Origin: Paramoeba atlantica
Taxonomy: Eukaryota; Protista; Discosea
Assembly (NCBI GenBank): GCA_977017575.1
Contig: CDRNVI010000019.1
Location: forward strand, 434,001 to 498,000
DNA length: 64,000 bases
Direction of reading: 5' to 3'
Position numbers and translations under genes: made by a program. Under the pieces are notes generated by a model. It searched no databases and was not told where the DNA came from. It saw nothing but the letters and a program-made list of their open reading frames with translations. Shown piece after piece: positions 20,520 to 30,250 of the stretch (within the stretch, counting starts at the first letter, position 1; every line of letters begins with the position of its first letter).

Positions 20520-21443
20520 CTACGTTCCGTTCAAGTGGCTTTCTATTACTTCGTTCGTAGGCCACACACGCACCATGCCGTCTTCCGAGCCTGACGCGTA
20601 GGTATCACCTACCGGGGAGTACCGTATGTGAAACACAGGACCATGATGTCCTCTGTGAGAGCGCAGTTCTGTCCCATCCAATCGGCATTCTTTTACCTTC
20701 AACCCGGTACCCATCACCACATGCTTTCCCCCGGACGAGAGACTCGCGCACTCCACATCCTCACCACTAGTAATTCGATGTGTCTCAGACAACGTTCGTG
20801 GGTCAAGCAACGTCACCCCCTGCTTATGCGCCCCCAACACCACCGGCTGGTACATCTCCACATACTCCACCCCGTTTAGGTCCCCGATTTTTGTCTCATG
20901 AACAGATGTTTTCGGACTCCGTAGATCCCACACCCGCAGCGTCTCCTCACACGCGGTCAACACCCATTGACTCTCCACCACATACACCGCCTTAATCACG
21001 GAGCCATGTGCCCTAAACACACACCCCGGGTCCCCTCCCCCATGCTCCGGGTCATACACCCGCACATTCCCATCAAAACACCCGGTGACTACCTTATCAC
21101 GCCTCCAGTCACAGCATTTTACATAATGCGGGTGGGTCCACGTCGTCAGACACGCCCCACTCAGCGCGTTCCACACTTTTGCGGTGTAATCCCCCGAGGC
21201 GGTGACCACCCGCCTGGCCTCGGCATCGATCGCGCTGCCGTAGACCGCCCCGCGGTGACCCACGAAGGTTCCGACCCAGTTGCCCGTCTCCCCGTTCCGT
21301 AGCATCGGCTTGCCGTCGTGGGAGGAGGTGACGAACCAGTAGGAGTCGTCGCGGCGCTCACTGTAGGCGATGTGACACACGGGGCGTGTGTGGCCGGGAC
21401 AGACTTTGACAGGGGGGAGGGGGGATTTGTCCGGGGGGGTCAT
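20520..21443 (-). CDS. STRAP: WD40 protein STRAP/UNRIP
   Basis: CPGHTRPV, DGKPMLRNGETGNWVGTFVGHRGAV and GHHGPVFHIRYSP.GDTYASGSEDG. Confidence 0.9.
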   Translation of the reverse strand: MTPPDKSPLPPVKVCPGHTRPVCHIAYSERRDDSYWFVTSSHDGKPMLRNGETGNWVGTFVGHRGAVYGSAIDAEARRVVTASGDYTAKVWNALSGACLTTWTHPHYVKCCDWRRDKVVTGCFDGNVRVYDPEHGGGDPGCVFRAHGSVIKAVYVVESQWVLTACEETLRVWDLRSPKTSVHETKIGDLNGVEYVEMYQPVVLGAHKQGVTLLDPRTLSETHRITSGEDVECASLSSGGKHVVMGTGLKVKECRLDGTELRSHRGHHGPVFHIRYSPVGDTYASGSEDGMVRVWPTNEVIESHLNGT

Positions 21444-21764
21444 GGGGGGGGAGGGAGGAGGTTGTGGTGATAGGAGAAAGTGGGATAAAGTGGTTTTAGG
21501 GAAGGGTGGGATTTCTCCACGATTTATACAGTGTTGGAGTGTACGGAAGGAGTTATACGCTGGAGTAGTACTGTAGTATTGTAATTGATTGATTTAGCAT
21601 TTACGTGCATCTACTTATTTATTACATTCTTATCTTATTACAAGATTTGTATTTTTCATTTATCTGTGATGGATGTATGATCATGATAAAAAAGGCATAT
21701 AAAATAGGGGAATCATTGAGCCCAATAATAATACATGTATAATTTACTGGATTAAATTCCTCGT

Positions 21765-24700
21765 CTAAGACATATCCTCCATGATGACTTCGAGTGCACT
21801 CCTTGGGAAGTGTGCGCCTGACTTTTCTGTCCACATTTTCTCCTCTGATGTTCGTTGAATATCTTTCATATCGTTGGGTTCATTGCGCACACGCAAGCTG
21901 CTTATGGCACTAGAAATACACTCGTGCAGTACATCGGATCTCGTGGTTCGCTTAACGTACGACGTCACTGCTTTTCGAAGTGTTTGCCGTTCTGATTCCT
22001 TATCGTGCTGTTTGAGCCTCAGAACTTTTCCAGCAACTCGGATGGCCAACGCCTCATCAAGAGGAGCACTACACGTAGAATTCAGGACATCCAGACTGTG
22101 CCGAAGCGCACGATCATAGAGGTTGACCTCTGTGCTTTCTGTTATTGATAAATAGCCGTCTAACACAGCCAATTGTAGGCAAACAGGATGTGAATCATAT
22201 TGTAGCTCAATCAAATTCAAAGTGTCGTTATTTTTTTCCATATATGCCATAAGAATTCCGCGCAAAATAGCTATTGAGCAATCATCAGCAAAGGAATTTT
22301 GCGAGAAATGGAGTGCGGATGTATTTTCCACAATCTGACTTAAGACGTTGGCACTCACTTTGGAGCAATCGGTTCGCAGCATCATGGATATCGCGCGCAC
22401 TGTAGTTAGGGAACAAGTACCATCTAATTGTCCGCCTTGCAATATCAAACGAATGTAAGAGCTGATGTCACTACCTTTGAACTGGTAATTACAAAGCGCG
22501 TATACATATTCCAGGTACGCCATGCGAAGCGGTTTGTCTCTATTTCGCAGCACTTTGCTAGAAAAAGCTCCCAGAACGGAAAGAATAGTAGGTCGAAACG
22601 TATTGAAATGAACTCGCGTCGCTAAAAAGGTAAAAATCTTGATAAACGATTTTATTGACAAAAAATCCGAGGACTGTAAACCGAAACGGAGAATGCGACC
22701 GGCGATATGTGCATTGTACTTGTCAAGTACTCCATCTTTTAGGAGTTCGAGAAGACTACACAGATTATCAGTCGCGACGTTAACGTTCTCAGAGATGGTC
22801 GGCTGTATAATCGCACTTAAGTAAAATGTCAATATTGGATACAGTCCTTCTTCCAGTTCAAGTCCAGGTATGGAATTACTGTGTAACAAGGCAGCTTGTC
22901 TCATGGATTGTATGCAGCCATCTAATGCAGGAAAAAAATCGGCAATAGCCCTGGCACCATTGCCTACTGCTTTACTATCGTCAGCGTCCGCACATCGTTG
23001 TATGACCCGAAGTATGGTCCATAAGAATTTTTTTGTAGACTTGAGAACGCCGTTATTCTCACTATCATAGTGCGGGACAACGCGATGAATATTCGAAGTT
23101 ATAAAACTCTTCCAAGGCCAATCACTTTTCAGTGCGCAAGTAAAGGCAGTTATCAAATTAATCTGGGCTGCAATCTCTTTTTGACGTGAATGACTTCTTG
23201 TTATAATTGGGCTTACAACGTCGAGACTCTCAGGGCCAATGTCCACACATATCTTCTCCAGTAGATCCGTAAATGGGAGAACACCGCTTTTCTCAGACAA
23301 CAGAACTCGAAATGTGAGATCGACAAACTCATTCAAAATTTCTTCACTATCTTCCATCGTCCTGGCTAAGTACGCGGCGTGTAACACTTTAACATCGCAT
23401 TTCGCCAAATTCTCTTCAGATTCTACAATATAAGCAAAAGCTCGTATTAAGGCGCCCCATACCATTCTTGGTCTATCTTCGGCTAGAAAATTAATCAGAA
23501 GTACGCAGGTATCTATGTGAGTTGAAGTGAAACACAAAACTTGTTTTGCTGATTTCGCCAAAAATAAGGCTCCGTTCGAGGAGCAGGCTGCTTCCCACAA
23601 TAGTTTCATTGGTGACCTCAGCTCTGGTTTGTCAATATACTTCAGTGAAATGTGAACGAGGGATTCTGGTATCCCATTTTGCGACTGCCAATTCGAGTAA
23701 CGCAAAATGCAAGCCATTCCAATGATTATGTTCCCAATGGAATCTATTTTCGGATTTGTTAATGAACTTTTTTCAAACAGAAAATACACTTTGTCAAGTA
23801 ATTTGCTCTCGAGATCCTTGAGATGCGAAACTGCTCGCTCCATTGTCGCGTGATTGATATCTTCTCCTGAGATTGACAACATTAGTAGATACTCTCCTAC
23901 TGTCTCCCCAAATTCCAAGTAATCACTTAATCCGTCCGAGAACAATTTCCACAATACATTAGATCGCGTCCTTGTACCTAAGCACTCGCTGGAGCGCAGT
24001 ACAAAAAGCGCCGCAAGCAATGATTTGTACGATTCACCGAATGCCGATGCGCTCATTTCCTGAAGTTCTTTGATCTCGCATGCTGCAGTCGGAAATTTGT
24101 CAACTTTATCGGATGAATCAGATGCCAACAAGGGTGCAGCTACACCTTTTGTTGAGAAGCTCATTAAAATCGTGTAAATCAGTTGAACACATACGCTTCT
24201 GACTTCTTCCAGTGGAGACCATAATCCTGCACTAAGTATACCCAAAGTTTGCGAACTTTTCTCGTAACTCAATGATTTCACTATCGTTGTTGCGGCCTCC
24301 ACAGCAGCCAGGCGTACCTGGCGATCTTCATCGGTAACACATTGAAGGATTCTGGGAACGAAATGGGGACTGATCTTACTTGACTTTTCTTCCAAGCTCG
24401 CAAAACTTTGTCCCAAAAACAGTACAAAACCTTCACGAATGGCAGGATGAACACTTTTTAGTCCAGAGTCAATGCGGGAAAGAAAGGAGTTGTCTGTTAA
24501 AGCAGCTTCGCTGATACCGCACGCCAGGGTACGAGCACAGGCTGCGCGAGTTTGAAAATCAACAGCTGAGTCAGAAAGTTTCTGCAAATACGACGATAGA
24601 ATCTGATCCAATTCACCGGTGCTCATAGCAAGGGCGATTAAAGCGCGAGAACCCGTAATTCGTGTTTCGAAATCAGGATCGCAAGCCACTTTCCATAATG

Positions 24701-27700
24701 CATCATGGAGTGCGGATTTATATGGCTCTATTGAATGAACACCCTGAACTAAGTGCAGTAGGACAGAACTAATACGAGCAGACTTCATCTTCGTAGTCGA
24801 GTTCGAAGCCCGTAGTCCCTTAAGTAGCACAGGAACTAGAAGAGCCAACGACGCCGATCCAAGAACTTTCTGAAAATTTATAGAAAAAATGATATCCAGA
24901 GCGTCATCCAGGCCTTTTGAAGGGGTTTTTAAAGGAGCTAAAAGTACGTCAATTTGTGAGCGAATTTCTTCGTTTGCTAAACTGCCGACTCGACGAAGAG
25001 CTGATAAAGCTCCCTGTGATACTTTCTCATGAGTTTCACATAGGAGTTCAATTAGAAATGGTGCTAACGAAGAGATTGCTTTTTCGACATTTGTCGACCG
25101 CTGCACAAGTAGATATTCAATCATATCTATCAAATGTAGTCGAACGCGCCAGTCGGCTGCGGAAAGGCATTTTCCAATAATCGGAGTCATTTGTGACACC
25201 CCAATACTACTCATATGTGCTGCCAAAGTGCGAAACGTACTGTTTGAATGATGAAAATTAACATCTGAGCTGCTGCGAATAAGTAACTCAAACGTTGAAA
25301 GCACAAAAGGTTCGACCAAGCGTCCAAAGGTCAGAACAAGGGCTGTAAGTAGCTCGTGGACTGCAATCTTGGCACTGACAGACTCGGACCGCAAATTTTC
25401 TTCCATATCGGAGAAAACGATTTTGAGTAATGGGTGTTGTAATCCGACACCCTTAATTACTGAGGCAACTATGAATGAATGTGCTTGTCTCTTGTTATGA
25501 TGCTCACTTTTTTTAATATTGAACAGCGCCTTATAGCTCTTCTGAAAAATTGTTTCGTAAAAATTTTTCTGAGTCGCATACTTTTTGCATAGCATCGAGA
25601 TAATTTGCGAAGCAGAATTATGGAAATCAATGCAGGAGAACTGCTCGACAAAGTTCGTTAATTTTTCAACGGATTGCATTACAATGGACGTGTCATCTAG
25701 GGCACGAAGCCCCGTACCATAATGATGCATGATGGCCAAACCCTTGTGTTTGACAAGATCATCCCCAAGAAAATCTTTTTTGATTTTCATGCGCCATATC
25801 GGATGTTCGTTCAATATTCCTACTAATTTCATGGCAGATTCTTCCTGCATAGAACCAAATAATTTAGTCCCACATAGTAAACTCTTTTGAAAGTAGTCCA
25901 ACGATGTGAGAATTGAATCAATGAGAAGAATGTCTATCAATTTGGTGATATTGCCGCAGTTCAAGCCGATGCTCACTTCAAATTGCATCGCTGACAAGGC
26001 AACGAGAGCTCCATCTACAAGACAGGTGGATTCAACATCGGATCGAAGCACTTGAATCATCAAAGATAAAACATTAGATGAAGCGATGTCCCGAGCTTGC
26101 AAATCTCCCAGCGTACGGCCTGCTGCCGTACATAACCCAGGATTTTTAAGTTGATCACACAAGAAAGGAACATCACTGGCATTCAACAAGAAGTGCATCT
26201 TCTGACCAATGCTCCTGGCAGTAGAGGAAACTGAGTCACACTCGTCATGAGCAAGAACGTGTATTATTCGTTGCACATCACCGTTAAAAATTTCTGGGTT
26301 GAGAGTTGACATGGATGCGCACGCAAGTTCTCGAATTTTTGAGTTTGAGTGAGAAAGGTAAGGAACAACAATATTCTCGTTTCTTTGGGCATTGATCTTA
26401 AACCCTTCAACAAGGGTTTTGGCAGCTGCTTCCTTCAGAAGATCCCTTGTATCAATAATATAGCATAACAAGGATATCAGGTCACAAACATTTGCAGAAT
26501 CCCACAATGAATCAGTCATATTGATTATTGAGAGCGCAGCATGTTCAGTTGGGAAGCTAAATTTCTTCGAACTTGAGTTCCTATTTACATGATTGTAAAA
26601 CCAACGCACGATAGAAATATAGTCATCCTCATTAGAGTTCAAGGCACCTTGTGCATCACGTAGAAGAAAGCTTGCTTCACTGGGCAAACATCTAAACACG
26701 AATCTCACAATCAGGATAAAAACTTTTAGTTCAACTTGATTGAGTCGTGAGTTCGCTAAGCGTCGGAGAACATAATCGGTAAACAGCATATCATTATCGT
26801 ACGTGACGCGAGAGGGCTCGAAACACCCAACAAAAATTCGAACGAATAATCGTGCAACCTCACGGGCTGACGATGATGCATGTTTTCCAAAACGAAGCAA
26901 AAGAATTTCCACAGTTTTGTTAAGTTGGTGAATTATTGAAGAAATGAAAATAGAAGGATATTTCAGCAAGCTCAGTGTTGAATCAATAAATCGGTTACCT
27001 ATCTGACGATCCCTGTCCATCTGCCTGTCGCAGAAGTGGGTAGCGAATGCTATAAGTTGCAAAAATATACGTACCGGATGATAAATTGCCGAAGAATTGA
27101 TTGACCTACCTTTCTCCAAAATGAGGGACCGTAAATCTTTTTCACGATTTTCTGTTTGATCTCCTGATTTTTCTGTATTATTCGGAGTGTCTTTCGTATC
27201 ATGGCAAAAAAGTTCTTTCGGCAGCAGTCTCATATTCTTAGACAAATATGACACGAATTCGCTTCGGAGTAGCGCGTCCTCAGATGCAACTGAAAATATG
27301 AGATCTAATGGAGACATGTGTTTGGAAATTCCTCGCAGATATCCGTCTAACGCTAAACTGGCATCTTCAATCTGTGCGTAAACCTCTTCAACGGGAAGGA
27401 AGCAAAGAAAAATTCCGAATGATGAGCTCATTACTTTAAGGGATAGAGGTCCGAAATTATGCGAGGACAATAGAAATTCGTGCATGAACTTCGATATCGA
27501 TGTTCGATGAAGTGAAAAAGTTGGAATAGTCTTCGCAAGAGGTGGAACTTCTTTTCTGATACATGATACCAGATTTTTGACTTCGCTGGCGCTCTGCTCT
27601 GTATAATCGGAAGTGGAATTCCTCATCGCACTTAACACAGTGAGTATTATCAACTCTAGTAGGATGTAGTCGATTCCGTTAGACTGGGAAGTTTTGGCAA

Positions 27701-29801
27701 AAAAGCGGATCAGGATTTCCCACGCTGTTTTTCGGAGCGAATATGCGAATTTTGTTCTTGGCTTATCATCTCGTCGTTGCGTCATTGAATCCCAAAAGTC
27801 GGAAGATTCCCACAAAGGCAAACGAGCGGTCGTTTTGCCTTGTTTTCCTTCTGTTTTATAATTTTCCTTTTCAGACACAGTGCATACTTTCTGCTCTGTA
27901 AGTGTCTTCGCTAAAACATCCCAAAGTAATATCACGTTGGGAACGCTTTCGATATACTGCCACGCGTGCACAAGAACACTGCAGGCCTTCTTTTGGACCT
28001 CAATTTCACTACGAACTGTGCACTGGCAGATGAATTCAAGAAGGATAACCAACTCAGCCCGTGTAATACTTTTGTTGAACAACTGAAAGATATGTTCAAT
28101 AACACCAAGAAGAGCTACTGATGCTAGTGAGGATGTCATTACCCGAGAGAGCACTTGTTGTCCTAGTAATTTCGTGAAAGGAATCTCACCCCAGGAGGAG
28201 TCTCTCCATATGATTTCAATCGGAATACTGGTACTCTTCTTTTCGGTTGGAATATTAACGTCAGCCCACTTTATTAATTCAAGACTTAAAGCCGCTATTA
28301 CTAAGCATTGTGGTTTCAATGCGCACTTCTTCCACAATGCTTTGCAGCACTCATGAACGTCCTTCGTATTTAACTCCATTCTCGCAGCGGCGCATATGAT
28401 CACTGTCATAAACTCCACGTACTCCGAACCAATGTCGGCAGGCAGATTCTGGACCTCCTTTTTGAATACATGCATAATGAATGCAGCATCGGAATAAAGA
28501 GTGGAAACAATTCGCATACCAAGGATTCGAATGCTCAGAGGCCCAGTAGTGCTTATCCTCCTCAATGATTCAGGCAGGGGAATAGGTAATGGTTGAAGCT
28601 TGGAAGACTTCAGACGTTCACAGTCATACATAGCGGAGACAATCATTTGTAGTGTGCCTTTCTGTCTGTTACTAACTGCACTATCTATAATATCGAACAT
28701 TGGCGTTAAAATTAGCTCGAATCCAGGAAAGTGAACAGCTTTGTGTACTAAAATTTGCATCAAACCTCTTGCAAATAAATTGGGGACCTCCCGCATCACG
28801 CATGCCAATAAATTTTTCAATAATCCGTTTAAAATGTGCAAAGGCAGCCATTCCAATATTTTGAACGGGATAGCCAGAAGAACGTCGTTGCCGGGCAATG
28901 TGGTCAACTGCTCAGTTTTTCGAAGCAAAGGCAAAAAACATTTGTTCACTATGTTGGTCAAGTCCGGGTCGTTTACGCTCGTAGCAATATCGACCTTAGC
29001 TCCGGAGGACCATTTTTGAATTCCCAAAACATGTAACGTAATGTTCGCGTGTTCTGAAACAGGTCTTACAGCCCACAGAAATGACACTGTCGAATCCAAA
29101 AGCATGTTCTCTATCATCTCGACATTGGACCACTGCGAACAAAATACGTGACTCTGCAGTTTTGTACGACCCTTTGCAGCACTTACAATTCTATAGAAAA
29201 CCTGTGTATCCACGCGTGCAAGATAGGCCACATGCTCTTCTATGCTACTGCTGAGATCACTCGTTACGGATTGCTCCAACTTCGCAAAGCAGAGCCAATC
29301 GAACAACATTCTGTAAAATTGGAGCAATGCTCTTCTATGCGATTGGTGCCGAAGATCAAAAGTCGTGTTCTTGTACCACTCATGAGCCATTGTCACGTCT
29401 ATAAGTAAGTCATCGGAAATTTCCAGATAATTGGAAAATATGCTGACCTGGCGCAGCAAATCGCTTAATAGGCAGTAGTTGCGCGGAGATTTTAGTTCTT
29501 CACCAGAAGTTAGCGTACAAAGGGCCAAATCACTGTCCATACATGCCAAAGTAGTTTCCGTTGCAAAGTGTATGGGGCTGTGTAGACACAGACGCACAAT
29601 AGATTTTGTCACACATTTGGCGCATTCTGCAAACTCTCCTGTGCATGTAGGTTTGTGCACCCCCCGACAGGTTTTATTGTAGCGCTTCAGCAAGCCGATA
29701 ATTTCGATACAATTTTGTTCAAGATGACCTTCATTATGTGAATTAATCAGGTCATTCCACTTTGCTTCGAGGTCCCACTTTTCAGACTCCTTAAAATCCA
29801 T
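21765..29801 (-). CDS. GCN1: GCN1, HEAT-repeat activator of GCN2
   Basis: 2678-aa intronless helical ORF of GCN1 size; EIRSQIDVLL, SLALLVPVLLKGL and DPDFETR resemble GCN1 segments. Confidence 0.75.
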   Translation of the reverse strand: MDFKESEKWDLEAKWNDLINSHNEGHLEQNCIEIIGLLKRYNKTCRGVHKPTCTGEFAECAKCVTKSIVRLCLHSPIHFATETTLACMDSDLALCTLTSGEELKSPRNYCLLSDLLRQVSIFSNYLEISDDLLIDVTMAHEWYKNTTFDLRHQSHRRALLQFYRMLFDWLCFAKLEQSVTSDLSSSIEEHVAYLARVDTQVFYRIVSAAKGRTKLQSHVFCSQWSNVEMIENMLLDSTVSFLWAVRPVSEHANITLHVLGIQKWSSGAKVDIATSVNDPDLTNIVNKCFLPLLRKTEQLTTLPGNDVLLAIPFKILEWLPLHILNGLLKNLLACVMREVPNLFARGLMQILVHKAVHFPGFELILTPMFDIIDSAVSNRQKGTLQMIVSAMYDCERLKSSKLQPLPIPLPESLRRISTTGPLSIRILGMRIVSTLYSDAAFIMHVFKKEVQNLPADIGSEYVEFMTVIICAAARMELNTKDVHECCKALWKKCALKPQCLVIAALSLELIKWADVNIPTEKKSTSIPIEIIWRDSSWGEIPFTKLLGQQVLSRVMTSSLASVALLGVIEHIFQLFNKSITRAELVILLEFICQCTVRSEIEVQKKACSVLVHAWQYIESVPNVILLWDVLAKTLTEQKVCTVSEKENYKTEGKQGKTTARLPLWESSDFWDSMTQRRDDKPRTKFAYSLRKTAWEILIRFFAKTSQSNGIDYILLELIILTVLSAMRNSTSDYTEQSASEVKNLVSCIRKEVPPLAKTIPTFSLHRTSISKFMHEFLLSSHNFGPLSLKVMSSSFGIFLCFLPVEEVYAQIEDASLALDGYLRGISKHMSPLDLIFSVASEDALLRSEFVSYLSKNMRLLPKELFCHDTKDTPNNTEKSGDQTENREKDLRSLILEKGRSINSSAIYHPVRIFLQLIAFATHFCDRQMDRDRQIGNRFIDSTLSLLKYPSIFISSIIHQLNKTVEILLLRFGKHASSSAREVARLFVRIFVGCFEPSRVTYDNDMLFTDYVLRRLANSRLNQVELKVFILIVRFVFRCLPSEASFLLRDAQGALNSNEDDYISIVRWFYNHVNRNSSSKKFSFPTEHAALSIINMTDSLWDSANVCDLISLLCYIIDTRDLLKEAAAKTLVEGFKINAQRNENIVVPYLSHSNSKIRELACASMSTLNPEIFNGDVQRIIHVLAHDECDSVSSTARSIGQKMHFLLNASDVPFLCDQLKNPGLCTAAGRTLGDLQARDIASSNVLSLMIQVLRSDVESTCLVDGALVALSAMQFEVSIGLNCGNITKLIDILLIDSILTSLDYFQKSLLCGTKLFGSMQEESAMKLVGILNEHPIWRMKIKKDFLGDDLVKHKGLAIMHHYGTGLRALDDTSIVMQSVEKLTNFVEQFSCIDFHNSASQIISMLCKKYATQKNFYETIFQKSYKALFNIKKSEHHNKRQAHSFIVASVIKGVGLQHPLLKIVFSDMEENLRSESVSAKIAVHELLTALVLTFGRLVEPFVLSTFELLIRSSSDVNFHHSNSTFRTLAAHMSSIGVSQMTPIIGKCLSAADWRVRLHLIDMIEYLLVQRSTNVEKAISSLAPFLIELLCETHEKVSQGALSALRRVGSLANEEIRSQIDVLLAPLKTPSKGLDDALDIIFSINFQKVLGSASLALLVPVLLKGLRASNSTTKMKSARISSVLLHLVQGVHSIEPYKSALHDALWKVACDPDFETRITGSRALIALAMSTGELDQILSSYLQKLSDSAVDFQTRAACARTLACGISEAALTDNSFLSRIDSGLKSVHPAIREGFVLFLGQSFASLEEKSSKISPHFVPRILQCVTDEDRQVRLAAVEAATTIVKSLSYEKSSQTLGILSAGLWSPLEEVRSVCVQLIYTILMSFSTKGVAAPLLASDSSDKVDKFPTAACEIKELQEMSASAFGESYKSLLAALFVLRSSECLGTRTRSNVLWKLFSDGLSDYLEFGETVGEYLLMLSISGEDINHATMERAVSHLKDLESKLLDKVYFLFEKSSLTNPKIDSIGNIIIGMACILRYSNWQSQNGIPESLVHISLKYIDKPELRSPMKLLWEAACSSNGALFLAKSAKQVLCFTSTHIDTCVLLINFLAEDRPRMVWGALIRAFAYIVESEENLAKCDVKVLHAAYLARTMEDSEEILNEFVDLTFRVLLSEKSGVLPFTDLLEKICVDIGPESLDVVSPIITRSHSRQKEIAAQINLITAFTCALKSDWPWKSFITSNIHRVVPHYDSENNGVLKSTKKFLWTILRVIQRCADADDSKAVGNGARAIADFFPALDGCIQSMRQAALLHSNSIPGLELEEGLYPILTFYLSAIIQPTISENVNVATDNLCSLLELLKDGVLDKYNAHIAGRILRFGLQSSDFLSIKSFIKIFTFLATRVHFNTFRPTILSVLGAFSSKVLRNRDKPLRMAYLEYVYALCNYQFKGSDISSYIRLILQGGQLDGTCSLTTVRAISMMLRTDCSKVSANVLSQIVENTSALHFSQNSFADDCSIAILRGILMAYMEKNNDTLNLIELQYDSHPVCLQLAVLDGYLSITESTEVNLYDRALRHSLDVLNSTCSAPLDEALAIRVAGKVLRLKQHDKESERQTLRKAVTSYVKRTTRSDVLHECISSAISSLRVRNEPNDMKDIQRTSEEKMWTEKSGAHFPRSALEVIMEDMS

Positions 29802-29960
29802 TGGAAATTAAAGTTGACAAAACCAATCGAGTGAAATAATCGAGAGAAAAGTGAAGTAAGTTTACATTAAAGACATTTTTAAGGACGTGTAGTAAAAAAT
29901 CCAACTTTTTCACCCAAAAAAATAGATTATTCATGGTCCTTCGGCCATTTTTCTTTTTTA

Positions 29961-30055
29961 GGCTCTTCGTTAAACGCGGCAGTAGTTTTCAACGCGAAGC
30001 GCGCAGCATGAGTGACTTCTAAGTTGAAAACAACCACCGCGTTTAACGAAGAGCC
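29961..30055. repeat. 95-bp hairpin repeat (mini-MITE), copy 1
   Basis: GGCTCTTCGTTAAACGCGG...CCGCGTTTAACGAAGAGCC; the same element occurs inverted at 58824-58918. Confidence 0.85.
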
Positions 30056-30250
30056 TGATATCATAATTAATAAAAGTTGCTCTCCAACAAGCCCAGAGAC
30101 ATGTGAACTCCTATCGCCCACAGACCTTCCTTAAGTGTATTCCAAAAAATTTACTTTCAGCTAGCGATACGAAGAGGGTGGGAAATAGAGTAGATCAAAT
30201 GCATAGTATCTTAGAAAAAAATCGGACTACATTCCATAGAATCACTTTAT

